From the IMG/VR virus record IMGVR_UViG_2695420523_000005: DNA of 28,861 nt, one strand, 5' to 3'. A model generated the notes under the pieces. The model had not been told where the DNA came from and did not search any database. It was given only the letters and a program-made list of their open reading frames with translations. The position numbers and the translations under genes were made by a program. The DNA is from a virus. Its lineage: Duplodnaviria; Heunggongvirae; Uroviricota; Caudoviricetes. Below are positions 9,301-18,168 of the stretch, one piece after another (the first letter of the stretch is position 1; each line of letters starts with the position of its first letter).

Positions 9301-11040
9301 AACAGGCGTTTCCGCTGACGACAGGGCTTTTGAAAACGTAACCTTTGTTATGTTTTCGCCAGTTTCAAGAACATCGCGTTCAACGATTTTGCCTTCCTGA
9401 TTCAATATCCGAATAAAGCTGCCGCTTTTAGCTAACGACACAGGCGCATCGAGAGTGATGCTGTTTTTGGTAAACTCCACAATTCGACCGGAGTTACGTT
9501 TACCTGCACGATATTTGTTCTGAATCAGAACGGTTTCACCAGGCATCAGAAATGAGGCGTCTAAGCCGGCAGTAAATGTAATTACATCCGACTCCATTCT
9601 GGCGGTATACAACAGCCACAAACCAACTCGGTGAGCCTGGCCTCGGCTTGTACATCCAAATGCTACGACTTCTGTTTTACGCTCACCATAACGGCGCATT
9701 GCGTCCTGATCTTCAACGTACTCGATATTTTGCTTATAACCGTCCTCCTTGTTGTTGTAGGTTACGAGCGCAACGGATGGGCGATCTTTACGCGCAGAAC
9801 CTTTATAGGTAAACAGCCCATCTTTGACGTTGGAGTTGGTAAACATCATTACCGGATCTGATGGGCTATCCTGCATGATGTTAACCATGCCACCAGCCCA
9901 AAACACCATGCCGCGGAATGCACCGGCAATATCCTGAATTAATCGGTATGCGTCTTGTCGACTGGTGATCTGCGTATTGATTGCAAAGCGTTTCTCTTTA
10001 CCCCCAAAGCCATCATCGACCTCTTCGTCACAATATCGACCAATCTGGTAGAGCTGGCCGAGGTCAATCATGGATTCCGACACAAATTGCCCAAGACCAT
10101 ACCGAGTATTGGTAAGCAAATCGTAGAGAATCCACGCAGGGTTTGAAGAAGACAACAGCTTAAAAGTACCGTCCCATACGCCGACATAAGTATTGGTGTA
10201 TTCGTTGTAGTTTGACGGTACTCGGATTTTGATACCGCGCACCAAATACGAACGGGAAGGCATTGTGCTACCAAACTGCTCTGAATTGACCTTCAAGCCA
10301 ACAAGAGCAGAGTTAGGGTAGTTCATTGGCGTGTCGACAATCTCACCGATGGAATCAACCCATGTGTCGTTGTAGAGGTACTGGCTACTATTATCATCTG
10401 TAAGACGAATCACCCTAACCTTGTATGCACGACCAGGCTTAGGCAGTTTCAGCTCATAGCTACGGTAATACACGCCGGTTTTCTTTGCCGTTAGCGTGAT
10501 ATCAACGCTTTTCTCACCTTCTGCCACTACATCAGAAAATGTTGCGTCTGCGTTGGCGATCTGGAATTTGTACTTCACCGTAGTGCCATTTGTATCGCCA
10601 GAGCTTTTATCAACGCTACGTAAAGAGGGGAATTTCATGATGACACGAACGCGATCAGCTTCATCGTTATCGATTGAAACCGTAACGTCGTGTGTTTTTT
10701 TAAGCTGAATATTTACGGACTTAGGCGTTTCAACAAAATCAAAACCAGCCATTGGCGTCTGGTCTTGTGAGCCGTCACGAAAATCCCATGTAATACCGCT
10801 GAAGTTGGAAGAGCCATCTTCATTCAAGATCGGTAAATCGTCGATGAAGATCGACTTTGCGCCATTTACCAGGCCACCGATAACCCCCTCGCCAAGAAGG
10901 TCGAGGATGGCTGCCATAGCACGAGAATTGACAGTATCATCAGCTTCAACCGGGGTACGGCTGGAGCTTTTACTTTTCTTGCCACCAGCACCGGCAATAA
11001 GAAGCGGTAATTTTTTCTTCTTGAACTGTTCCATGTCCAA
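6310..11040 (-). CDS. J: Tail tip attachment / host specificity protein J homolog with ~450-aa tandem-repeat insert and short non-lambda C-terminus
   Basis: 1576-aa ORF. Recalled lambda J blocks are conserved (NSALVGLKVNSEQFGS, AFGCTSRGQAHRVGLWL, GQKYVAGIALG...SQFLVQADR). The track start at 11040 is TTG; first ATG is at 11034; AAGGA lies just upstream. Confidence 0.92.
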   Translation of the reverse strand: MDMEQFKKKKLPLLIAGAGGKKSKSSSRTPVEADDTVNSRAMAAILDLLGEGVIGGLVNGAKSIFIDDLPILNEDGSSNFSGITWDFRDGSQDQTPMAGFDFVETPKSVNIQLKKTHDVTVSIDNDEADRVRVIMKFPSLRSVDKSSGDTNGTTVKYKFQIANADATFSDVVAEGEKSVDITLTAKKTGVYYRSYELKLPKPGRAYKVRVIRLTDDNSSQYLYNDTWVDSIGEIVDTPMNYPNSALVGLKVNSEQFGSTMPSRSYLVRGIKIRVPSNYNEYTNTYVGVWDGTFKLLSSSNPAWILYDLLTNTRYGLGQFVSESMIDLGQLYQIGRYCDEEVDDGFGGKEKRFAINTQITSRQDAYRLIQDIAGAFRGMVFWAGGMVNIMQDSPSDPVMMFTNSNVKDGLFTYKGSARKDRPSVALVTYNNKEDGYKQNIEYVEDQDAMRRYGERKTEVVAFGCTSRGQAHRVGLWLLYTARMESDVITFTAGLDASFLMPGETVLIQNKYRAGKRNSGRIVEFTKNSITLDAPVSLAKSGSFIRILNQEGKIVERDVLETGENITKVTFSKALSSAETPVLNGVWTITESDLEPMRVRIVNIAQGETSGSFDITAVENNPSKYEAIDNGATLIPQNTTVLDPTYSKPSNLQITEGTYLSSPGNLSVKLTATWEGKSPEYWISWRRSDENNVSNWQSARVTEEQYEIVNVAENGRYDFQLYAVSFNGKKTEIISTVYQVLGTMTPPDAPTSLTAVGDYRNVILNWVNPDSVDLDHINVYASQTNNLDTAKLIAESASTTFTHAGLGDSETWYYWVRASNKRGMLSPPNSNLGTEATTRDVLSFLTGKITSSELGQALLEDINSKVSQEAVDELNEHINQSVESLEGAVNDVKEDIAELDKQFSDNLAGFEIKFNERSDALENAQTELKGEVSATINKVNEAFEKIDATDAAIVEIENTVSEHDKALANTVEAIKAARDEAAALIAKESEARVEGDAANAKQLEVLQSTVEESSAAVEEMKKTVAEVDRASAELTTNIEALAKTNIDLALRQDEDQHKQMVNNAKIATTQKTFADDMSAMATKVEEIRVEIGEDIKASILEESTARADGDEALAKRVTQLQSKFEGDISAAISTEQEARTSADEALTTQITQLESKVSNDIVAAIKEEQEARATEDSALASQITQLQAKVDDDISAAIRSEQEARASGDSALAKQINQLQSKVDGDISAAITQEQEARASADQALSREINSLRAQTGTDIAAAVAVETKARTDADSALSTQITSLTAKANDLKASLARETTARADGDTALTKEVSSLKAQTAKDISAAVAVETQARTDADSALSSQITKLTSQYKEDIKAAVATETKTRTEQDAALATQITNLESQTAANISAAVTTETKARTQADNALSGRIDTLKAEVNGNTATIQQQATAIADTNKKVSTAWTLKMETSTSGGQKYVAGIALGIDTTGLSQFLVQADRFGLVNSVNGKITTPFVIENSIAYMNGAYIKDGTITNAKVGDLQSTNFVSGRSGWRFGKNGTLEINGNSGGNGRLVINGQRIDVYDDNNVLRVRIGRL
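6790..7760 (-). repeat. About ten tandem 99-bp (33-aa) coding repeats inside the J-like gene
   Basis: Periodicity visible in DNA (gctcgggcctcctgctc-like blocks near 7340, 7440, 7540, 7640) and in protein (DISAAI..EQEARASADEAL..QITQLQSKV repeated). Boundaries approximate. Confidence 0.8.
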
Positions 11041-11051
11041 AAAATCCTTGA

Positions 11052-11642
11052 TTACATAAGCTGGTCGATGGTGATAGAAGAACTCACGACCTGTGAGCCA
11101 ACTAAAATTTCCTCGCCATAGATAAGCTGTACAGGGTTCCCCTGGTTTGTTGTGTTTTGAGGTCCATCAAAGTAATAAGAGTTCGAGTTATCCGCCTGCC
11201 TCACACTTTCGTTAGTGGCTTGCGGAGATATGATTTGCGCTATACCGCCCATCATCAGTGACAAACCGAGAGGCGCAAGAGCGGGCACCCATATCGAGGC
11301 AACCATTAATACTGCTCCAACAACCGTCTGAAACCATCCAAAAGCAGATCCACCGCTTCCTCGCGGAACAGGTGTAATGCGGATTTTTGCAATATTGTCA
11401 GACTGCCCCATCATCTGATATTCACTCTCGTCCACAGACCACTTGTGGCCCTGTTTATTGGTGATCTGGATGTGGTATCTGTCATAGGTTTTGATATTGC
11501 GCTTCATCCATGCTTTAAACCCAGGCTTGTTGGCCTCAATTAAATCCAGAGCCTGTTTTGTATTACGCACCTTTAGATGCCAGTGGCGGCCAAAATGTTT
11601 GGCCATAGGGCCGCCAAGCTGCACATGAACTAACTCAGACAC
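11052..11642 (-). CDS. I: Tail assembly protein I-like (C-terminal hydrophobic segment)
   Basis: 196-aa ORF, GTG start at 11642 with AGGGAG about 8 nt upstream; N-terminal region loosely aligns with recalled lambda gpI; position between K and J. Confidence 0.75.
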   Translation of the reverse strand: MSELVHVQLGGPMAKHFGRHWHLKVRNTKQALDLIEANKPGFKAWMKRNIKTYDRYHIQITNKQGHKWSVDESEYQMMGQSDNIAKIRITPVPRGSGGSAFGWFQTVVGAVLMVASIWVPALAPLGLSLMMGGIAQIISPQATNESVRQADNSNSYYFDGPQNTTNQGNPVQLIYGEEILVGSQVVSSSITIDQLM

Positions 11643-12427
11643 GTCTCATCTCCCTTGAGCAAGTCTCTGTGACGCAAGTGATGCGTCGTATGTTTCTGAT
11701 ACATTCCGCCGTAATAAGCACGACAACTTAGGCGGTCGATCTGGTGATGAAGAATCATTCCATCGCCGATATAAACCGCGCAGTGGTCAGGCATTTTCCC
11801 GTATTGGATAAAGAATACGTCCCCACGTTGAGGCTCTGTTCCGGGCGCAAGACGCACCAATCCCTCGTTACGGTAGTTCTGATCGAGAATGTCGTTATCG
11901 CCGGTGTACCACGATGGAATATGCAGGTGTGCGTTCGGGTTTAGTTCGACGTTAAACTCACGCTTCAAATAGTCCCGACACAACATCCAGCAATCGAATA
12001 CGCCAAATACATACGGTCTACCCAGGTATGGCATTTCGAAACCATCAGGTGTGATCACATTCATCTCGCTAAAATGGAAAGGGGCATCTCCCTCAACATT
12101 CTTGCGAATAGCCAGAATCATCCACGGAACTTCCGTCGCTTCACAGCCTGCACGATCGGCATCAGATGCTTCTGCTGATTCATCAGTATGTGAATGCCAG
12201 ATTGCGATAACATCACCCGCATCCTCTGCCGCCATAATGTCGTCAACGTGCATTACAAAAGTGTTCTGCGGGTTCTCCGAAACATTTCGCGCTTCCATAA
12301 AGCGATATTTGTCGCCATTAGTTCTCACCAGAAAGCCACACGCTTCATTAGGGTAGCGATTTATGGCGCAGAGATAGATTTGCTGCATAACATCAGAGCC
12401 AAGCTCAGGGATTGCTTTATTACCCAT
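11630..12427 (-). CDS. K: Tail assembly protein K (MPN/JAB metalloprotease-like domain + NlpC/P60 domain)
   Basis: JAMM-like HSH...D motif (IWHSHTDESAEASDAD) and a downstream Cys-containing NlpC/P60-like segment (FGVFDCWML). Track start 12454 is TTG; I prefer ATG at 12427 with GGAG upstream. Confidence 0.85.
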   Translation of the reverse strand: MGNKAIPELGSDVMQQIYLCAINRYPNEACGFLVRTNGDKYRFMEARNVSENPQNTFVMHVDDIMAAEDAGDVIAIWHSHTDESAEASDADRAGCEATEVPWMILAIRKNVEGDAPFHFSEMNVITPDGFEMPYLGRPYVFGVFDCWMLCRDYLKREFNVELNPNAHLHIPSWYTGDNDILDQNYRNEGLVRLAPGTEPQRGDVFFIQYGKMPDHCAVYIGDGMILHHQIDRLSCRAYYGGMYQKHTTHHLRHRDLLKGDETCLS

Positions 12428-13118
12428 ATCGCGTAGCTCCAATAAACCCGCCAAAATGGATCACTCCGTTGGCAAAATAATTCCGACGCGCATTACAGGC
12501 GTCATAACGTTTTGTGCAGTAATCAGCACCAGACATAGACGTCTGCTGGTTATTTTTGTCGAAATATGGACCGGTATAGCCGCATTCTGGCCCTCGGTAT
12601 TTCCACGGGCAGGTGTTTTTAATGATCTGACGATACGGCAGTTGCACCCCCATCAAATCGAACACACTGGACAACTCAAACTCGACAACCTGATGAGTTT
12701 CGAGCGTTTTCTGTTCGATAAACCACATTTCATCCGGGAAATGTTGGTTTGGATCTGCTGTTGGATTACCGTCTTTAAAATTAACGGCATCGAGGAAGCG
12801 AGCCAGCGTCATCTTGCGAATAATGCGGCAGCCAACAAGATCGTCGTTCGCCTGAACTTCCGCAGAGACGGTTCCGGCAAAGTTCGATACCTGAATTTTT
12901 GGACGTGGCAACGTTCCCTGGCCAGTTTTGTCAAAGCCTGATGCTTTGATTGGCCACGGCTCGTATGTCACTCCTTGCCAGACGACCGGTTGCATCAGTT
13001 CGTTTGTTCCGGCGTGGAAGAATAGCTTCCCCCCTGAAGTTGTGTTCGACATATCCAGTACGAACAACTCAATGAGTGCAGAGGGAGATAAGCTCTGAAT
13101 ATCAGCTTTAATTCCCAT
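12420..13118 (-). CDS. L: Minor tail protein L (Fe-S cluster-type cysteine motif)
   Basis: Conserved L-family blocks (ARFLDAVNF, NTCPWKYRGPECGYTGP) match recalled lambda gpL. Track start 13151 lies inside a stem-loop; I prefer ATG 13118 (MGIKADIQ...) with AAGGA 7 nt upstream. Confidence 0.9.
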   Translation of the reverse strand: MGIKADIQSLSPSALIELFVLDMSNTTSGGKLFFHAGTNELMQPVVWQGVTYEPWPIKASGFDKTGQGTLPRPKIQVSNFAGTVSAEVQANDDLVGCRIIRKMTLARFLDAVNFKDGNPTADPNQHFPDEMWFIEQKTLETHQVVEFELSSVFDLMGVQLPYRQIIKNTCPWKYRGPECGYTGPYFDKNNQQTSMSGADYCTKRYDACNARRNYFANGVIHFGGFIGATRYG

Positions 13119-13140
13119 TGTTTCATCCTTGAAATAAGTA

Positions 13141-13163
13141 GGCGCTAACATCCTGTCAGCGCC
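13141..13163 (-). promoter_or_regulatory. Stem-loop between M and L with AGGAU loop
   Basis: ggcgctaac/gtcagcgcc with one mismatch, loop atcct on the plus strand; about 25 nt upstream of the preferred L start. Confidence 0.5.
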
Positions 13164-13170
13164 ACAATGA

Positions 13171-13194
13171 TAGTAAATTAGTACTTACTTATCC
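13171..13194. promoter_or_regulatory. Junction motif tagtaaattagtacttacttatcc between M and L
   Basis: Shares the TACTTAC core and AT-rich palindromic flanks; lies immediately upstream (minus sense) of the 13141..13163 stem-loop. Confidence 0.35.
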
Positions 13195-13200
13195 AGATGC

Positions 13201-13536
13201 TTAAGCCTCAAATACTTGTCTGAATGTAGCAGTTAAGACACAGTACCCCTGATATCGCTTGACCGTATGACTGTCACATACAACTACAATCTGCTTGCCT
13301 CTTGGATTAACCCAATAGAACGATTCAACACCTGATCGCTCAGTCAGGAAATCATCGACTGCATTAATTTCGTTGTATGATCTGGTAAAGGTTAACGACC
13401 ATTCTTCTTTAATACGATTAAGACCTTGAGCCTGTCGCTGCTCGTAGTCATCACCAAAATTAAGTACCGTTACATTCGGTTTTACGCTCTTTTCAGATTC
13501 GTAATCTGGATACCAATTAAACGTTTGTCTTTCCAT
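13201..13536 (-). CDS. M: Minor tail protein M
   Basis: 111-aa ORF between the tape measure and L, the canonical lambda order; ATG at 13536 directly follows a hairpin whose loop carries AGGA. Confidence 0.8.
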   Translation of the reverse strand: MERQTFNWYPDYESEKSVKPNVTVLNFGDDYEQRQAQGLNRIKEEWSLTFTRSYNEINAVDDFLTERSGVESFYWVNPRGKQIVVVCDSHTVKRYQGYCVLTATFRQVFEA

Positions 13537-13573
13537 CTCACATCCTTGTGAGACTGCCCCGACCGGGGCAGTC
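13537..13573 (-). promoter_or_regulatory. Two adjacent stem-loops between tape measure and M; the proximal one carries the SD (AGGA) of M in its loop
   Basis: gactgcccc/ggggcagtc (13552..13573, loop gacc) and ctcaca/tgtgag (13537..13552, loop tcct); the M start codon begins at the base of the proximal stem. Confidence 0.6.
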
Positions 13574-13578
13574 GATAG

Positions 13579-16500
13579 TTAGTTACGTTGAGTGTTTGGG
13601 TTGAGTGATCCGCCAGGGCGTTTCTCTTGAGCGATAGTCTCAAGCGCGATTGCTTTCATCCGTTGAGCGGCATTGTTCCATATGCTTTCTGTATCGCCGG
13701 ATTCTGTCGTGCTACCGTCACTATGGACGTTGATCTCAATTGATACAGGAGAAAGAACATTTCCTCCTCCACTCATACCATCGGTACTTAGCGTTACAGG
13801 GATTGTTCGACCATCAGGCAATGGAACATACGCCTCATTCATATCGCCTTCCCCAAACAACGCCAATTGAGGTGAGTTGGCGATACCGCCTTTCTGGTAT
13901 GCCCGGAGCGGGATCACGCCGTCTTTTCCGAATATTCCTCCATTTGCAAACTTCGGGATTGCAGGAATGCCATTCGTGCCATCGGCAGCAGAACTGGTCA
14001 GATTGTTGAACCCGGAAGTTGAGCCAGAAGAACCGGACATCAATCCATCGAATCCACCACCAGCCCAAGCTGAAACAAGACCAGATGCAACCGTTGCTCC
14101 AAAACTCAACCACTTATTACCAGAGCCGGAAGCATTAGCTCCAAGCATTGCAAACGCGGCAGACAGCGCGCCGGTAACAGAGCTGAGGTTCTGCATCGAG
14201 AAGATGGAGTCCTTCACTGCTTTTGTCTCAGCATCTTTGGCTTCGGTGCTATCAAATAGCCCCGATACCCAGCTACCAATCGCATTTGTTGCTGTGCCAA
14301 TTGCGCTGGTGGTCTGCTGTGTTGTTTGCCCCAATCCAGTTACCGAACTGGACGTCTCCTTCGTGGCTTCTCCTACAGACTTGTCGCCGTTAACAGTGTT
14401 GCCCATTCGTACCCCTTGATTGGCAACGGCGGAAGCAACCCCGGTCAGCAAATTACCACTCTGTGAACTACCAGCAGCGGTGGTCCCCATCCCCAACATG
14501 TTCATTAGAGGCAGCGTGATCTGCGACTTCACGACCATATTGGTGATATCTTTCAAAATGGACTGAGATAGGCTGGAGAAGCTCATCTTCCCGTTAATAA
14601 CGAAATCAGTCAGGACATCAGTTAAGCCACTAAACAAATCAGTCCAGGTGCTTTCGATCTGCTCTGCCAGGTTTTCGTATTCCAGTGCCAACTTCTGCGT
14701 CGCAGTCCCCGTCTCTTTAATAAGCGCGGTATTGCCAGCAGCAATCAGTTGATTGATTTTCTTTGTATAAAGCGCCACAACTTTAGGATCAGACGCCTTA
14801 TCACGAAGTTCTATCAACGCTTTGAGATTGCGGTTGTAGGTGTCTTCGAAATCAGCAACTTTCTCTTCACGAGACGGCGTATAGCCAGCACTAATAATGG
14901 AATCCGCCTCCGGTGCCCAAGTGGAGATCATCTGCTCAACATTGCGGCGATTAAACATCTCGCGATATTCAGGTGTCGCATTTTTGAGGTCTTCAAGACG
15001 TTTTTTCGCCTTGTCGATCATCTCTTGAGTGATGAACTCGTTAGGTACCGCATTAGCCAAATCTGTCAGCGATTTCGTTGTATCGCGAAGAGACTGATCA
15101 AACGATACCGTAGCCTTAGAGCTTTCACCCATTTGCCCCATAAGCTGATCAGCTTTGTCCAGAGCCTTCTGGTATCCGGCTGCCAGTTTCTGTTGCGCTG
15201 CCTGTTCCTTCTTGGCCGCACGCTGCGAGGCGTTAGCTGATCGTTGGGCTGCTTTCTCGGCAGCTGCTGCATCCTGTTCACGAGCTTTAGTCAGTGCAGC
15301 AATGGCTGCAGCACGCTCTTCATCGCTCATTTTCTCCAGAGAGCTGGCGCTGGATGCTTTCTGCAAATTAAGCTGCGTCTTGAGTTGTTTAGGCCCAATA
15401 ATCGGCTTACCTTCGAAGTCCATCATCGGAGTGCCGTCAGGCAAAGTACGCTGATAAGTCGCAGAATCCATCTGGTTTCGCATATATTGCGCCAGCGCCT
15501 TCTGAGCAGCTTTATCAGTTGTACCTAACCCAAGAACAGTCCCCTGGTTTGACATTACGCCCTTACCAGTTTTGGCCGCGTTATCTCTCTCGAACTCTGC
15601 CTGAGTCAGCTCCTGAGCAACGGCTTCCAAATGCTCCTGATAACCACGAATACTGCCTTGCAGTTTCTGGATCTGCTCGGTATTTCCATCCTTTTTGGCT
15701 TTTTCAAGCTGATCATTAAGAGTCGCAATTTGCTTCTCGGTCGCATTCTTACGAGAAGAAAGTGAATCAACCAGTTTTTGCGCAGGCTCCAGATAGCTTT
15801 TGTTTACCGTTTCACGTAACGGTGCCAATAGCTTGTTCTTTTCGTCATCTGAAAGTGAACCGTCATCATTGATTTTCTGGATCTTATCCAGAGCCTCCTG
15901 CCGGGCTTTCACGAATGTTGCCGCGAAAATCTGGTTTTCCGCTCGAATTTTCTCAATCTGAGATTCGGCAGCCTCTTTAGCCAAACGCTTTGCTACAGCG
16001 CCGTCACCAAGAGCTATCGTGCCGGTTATCTTTTGATACTCTTCCTGATTTTTTTTCAGGCGTGCTTCGATGTCAGCCTTCGACTCTTTGTGAGTAATAA
16101 CACCGGCAGAGTTAGATACGTAATTAACACCCTCACCAGTTTTTAATGCTCGTTGATCAGCAAGAATCTGCTTTTCGAGCTTTTCTGCGCGGTCGGCCAT
16201 TTGTGCACGTTTGGCCGCTGTCATCGCTTCTGGTATTTTCCTAATCTCGTCAACGACCTTTGAAGTTTCGCTGCGGAGCATGGTCATGTACGTGATTAGG
16301 CCAGCAACAGCTACAGTGGCAACTGTAAATGCTGCCCCTATAGGGTTTGCTGCAATGAACGCCGTTAATCCAGCAAAAGCGCCTTTAAGCCCCGTAATCG
16401 CCCCACGGATGGCGAAAATAAGAGAGGGGATCGGAGCCAGCCCCATACGTGCCGCACGATTGAATCGAGTTACTGCTGTAGCGCCGAGGTTAAATGGAGT

Positions 16501-18168
16501 CTGTATGGCGGTCGCCATCGTGGCAAAGGTGCTAACCATCTGGCTCCCAGCGCCAACTACCCCCATGATCCCTGCTCGCATCAGTTTGAACGCAACCATC
16601 GCGGCCACGACCTTACCGAGATTAATTACCAGCTCTTGGTTCTTTGCTAACCATTGAGCAAGCTGACGCAACCCATCGATTGCCGTTGTTAACCCCGAAC
16701 CTAAAGAATTGGCAAACGAAATCCCTTCGGCGCTATTCATGATTGAAGCCAGTTCTTTCATCCCCTTCGATAGAGAATCCAGATATCCGGCCTGACCAAC
16801 CCGATCAGCAAATAACGTGAATGACGTCTGAAGTTGCGCCAGCGCACCTGTGTAGGTTTGCATCATGTCTTTCGCTGCGTTCTCATTCTCCGCACGCAGA
16901 CCAACAAACATCAGAGACAACGCCTGTTTTGCCTCAACCGTACCGCTGGCAACGGCTTTAGTCAGTTCCCCCATAGTGATGCCTGCGGCGTCTGCCATTG
17001 CCTGCATCGCGTTAGGAACGGCTTCACCTAATTGCTGACGTAGCTCTTCCATTGACACGACGCCCTTACCGGACATCTGCTGAACGGCCACAGCCGCACG
17101 TTTCAACAGCTCACTATCACCACCAAAACGAGCAACGGAGTCCACCAGCGCCTTCAGAGAGCCATCGGTTGGATCTAAGCCAGCAGAACGAAACTTCACG
17201 AAGGAATCTGTTAACGCCTGCATCGCGAACGGCGCATTTTGAGCCATGTCTACGATGTACTTCATGTCATCGGCGGCAGCCTGGCCAGGGTTAGACTTCT
17301 CCTTATTCAACCCACGAAGCATCACCCGCATACGTTCCATTTCGGCCGCAGCTTCAACAATAGGCTTCTGCCATCCAAACATGATGTCAGTAACCGTTCT
17401 GGCTGCATCTCCGATCTCGCCAAGCAGGAAAATGTTGCCACGAAGGCCAGAGAACATACCTCCTTCGTTACTTTTACCGCTATGGCCAGAGCCGCTACGC
17501 CGCCCGCTGCCACCATCGCCACTTCCAGATGTACGAACGCGTACCGGCTTGCTAATCAGTTGCTGACGTCCGATAACTTCGTCCATCTGCTCACGAACCT
17601 TTTTCAGTCCCTCGGCAGCCTGACTCGTTGTGACACCCCAATTACTGAGTCGCTTCGTCGTGGTATTAAGGCGCGTATTCATGCCACTCACGGACGCAGA
17701 GGCTTCTTTGACCTCCGTACCAAAGCGGCTTGCGCTTTTGCTTGCATAGGTCGCCCAATCAGAGAAATCATTTAGCTCTGATTGCACTTTACGTAATGAC
17801 GCGGTGAGTTTATCTACTGAAGAAGTTGTCGTATCGACGCGCTCAATCAGGGCTTTAAGACCAGAATTGAGGCTGGTGATGTTGCCACGCATTTTACGCG
17901 TAGCATCTGAAGCAAGCTCAAAACCGGCAGCTACATCCTGTAGTTTATCTGCCGTAGAATCGAGCTTGCTTTCCAGAACGCCAATGATACGGGCGACCGA
18001 ACCCAAAGAGCGTTCAAAGGTTTGGATTTTTTGAGCAGGCTTTGTTACCTGCTCACCAAATCGAGTAAGCAGTTTCCCCGCACGATCGATTGACGCTGTA
18101 AACTGTTTGTCTTCCAGCGACAGGATAAACTCTACGTTTTGTGACATTCCCTTGTCATCCTCTGCCAA
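13579..18168 (-). CDS. H: Tail tape measure protein
   Basis: 1529-aa ORF, largely helical/coiled-coil with Gly-rich C-terminal part and hydrophobic central segments; position after G/GT. Start is TTG at 18168 (MAEDDKG... resembles recalled lambda gpH N-terminus MAEPVGD); first ATG is at 18147. Confidence 0.9.
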   Translation of the reverse strand: MAEDDKGMSQNVEFILSLEDKQFTASIDRAGKLLTRFGEQVTKPAQKIQTFERSLGSVARIIGVLESKLDSTADKLQDVAAGFELASDATRKMRGNITSLNSGLKALIERVDTTTSSVDKLTASLRKVQSELNDFSDWATYASKSASRFGTEVKEASASVSGMNTRLNTTTKRLSNWGVTTSQAAEGLKKVREQMDEVIGRQQLISKPVRVRTSGSGDGGSGRRSGSGHSGKSNEGGMFSGLRGNIFLLGEIGDAARTVTDIMFGWQKPIVEAAAEMERMRVMLRGLNKEKSNPGQAAADDMKYIVDMAQNAPFAMQALTDSFVKFRSAGLDPTDGSLKALVDSVARFGGDSELLKRAAVAVQQMSGKGVVSMEELRQQLGEAVPNAMQAMADAAGITMGELTKAVASGTVEAKQALSLMFVGLRAENENAAKDMMQTYTGALAQLQTSFTLFADRVGQAGYLDSLSKGMKELASIMNSAEGISFANSLGSGLTTAIDGLRQLAQWLAKNQELVINLGKVVAAMVAFKLMRAGIMGVVGAGSQMVSTFATMATAIQTPFNLGATAVTRFNRAARMGLAPIPSLIFAIRGAITGLKGAFAGLTAFIAANPIGAAFTVATVAVAGLITYMTMLRSETSKVVDEIRKIPEAMTAAKRAQMADRAEKLEKQILADQRALKTGEGVNYVSNSAGVITHKESKADIEARLKKNQEEYQKITGTIALGDGAVAKRLAKEAAESQIEKIRAENQIFAATFVKARQEALDKIQKINDDGSLSDDEKNKLLAPLRETVNKSYLEPAQKLVDSLSSRKNATEKQIATLNDQLEKAKKDGNTEQIQKLQGSIRGYQEHLEAVAQELTQAEFERDNAAKTGKGVMSNQGTVLGLGTTDKAAQKALAQYMRNQMDSATYQRTLPDGTPMMDFEGKPIIGPKQLKTQLNLQKASSASSLEKMSDEERAAAIAALTKAREQDAAAAEKAAQRSANASQRAAKKEQAAQQKLAAGYQKALDKADQLMGQMGESSKATVSFDQSLRDTTKSLTDLANAVPNEFITQEMIDKAKKRLEDLKNATPEYREMFNRRNVEQMISTWAPEADSIISAGYTPSREEKVADFEDTYNRNLKALIELRDKASDPKVVALYTKKINQLIAAGNTALIKETGTATQKLALEYENLAEQIESTWTDLFSGLTDVLTDFVINGKMSFSSLSQSILKDITNMVVKSQITLPLMNMLGMGTTAAGSSQSGNLLTGVASAVANQGVRMGNTVNGDKSVGEATKETSSSVTGLGQTTQQTTSAIGTATNAIGSWVSGLFDSTEAKDAETKAVKDSIFSMQNLSSVTGALSAAFAMLGANASGSGNKWLSFGATVASGLVSAWAGGGFDGLMSGSSGSTSGFNNLTSSAADGTNGIPAIPKFANGGIFGKDGVIPLRAYQKGGIANSPQLALFGEGDMNEAYVPLPDGRTIPVTLSTDGMSGGGNVLSPVSIEINVHSDGSTTESGDTESIWNNAAQRMKAIALETIAQEKRPGGSLNPNTQRN

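Noticed and set aside
13141-13151. ORF-track start of L at 13151
   Set aside because: That ATG sits inside the stem-loop 13141..13163 with no SD. The downstream ATG at 13118 has an AAGGA SD at good spacing and gives an N-terminus that aligns better with recalled lambda gpL.
13673-17775. Numerous plus-strand and alternative-frame ORFs (e.g. 13877..14419, 14749..15240, 16211..16657, 17239..17775) inside the tape measure gene
   Set aside because: All are embedded in or antisense to the 1529-aa tape measure ORF, lack SD sequences and have atypical composition. No evidence for nested genes.
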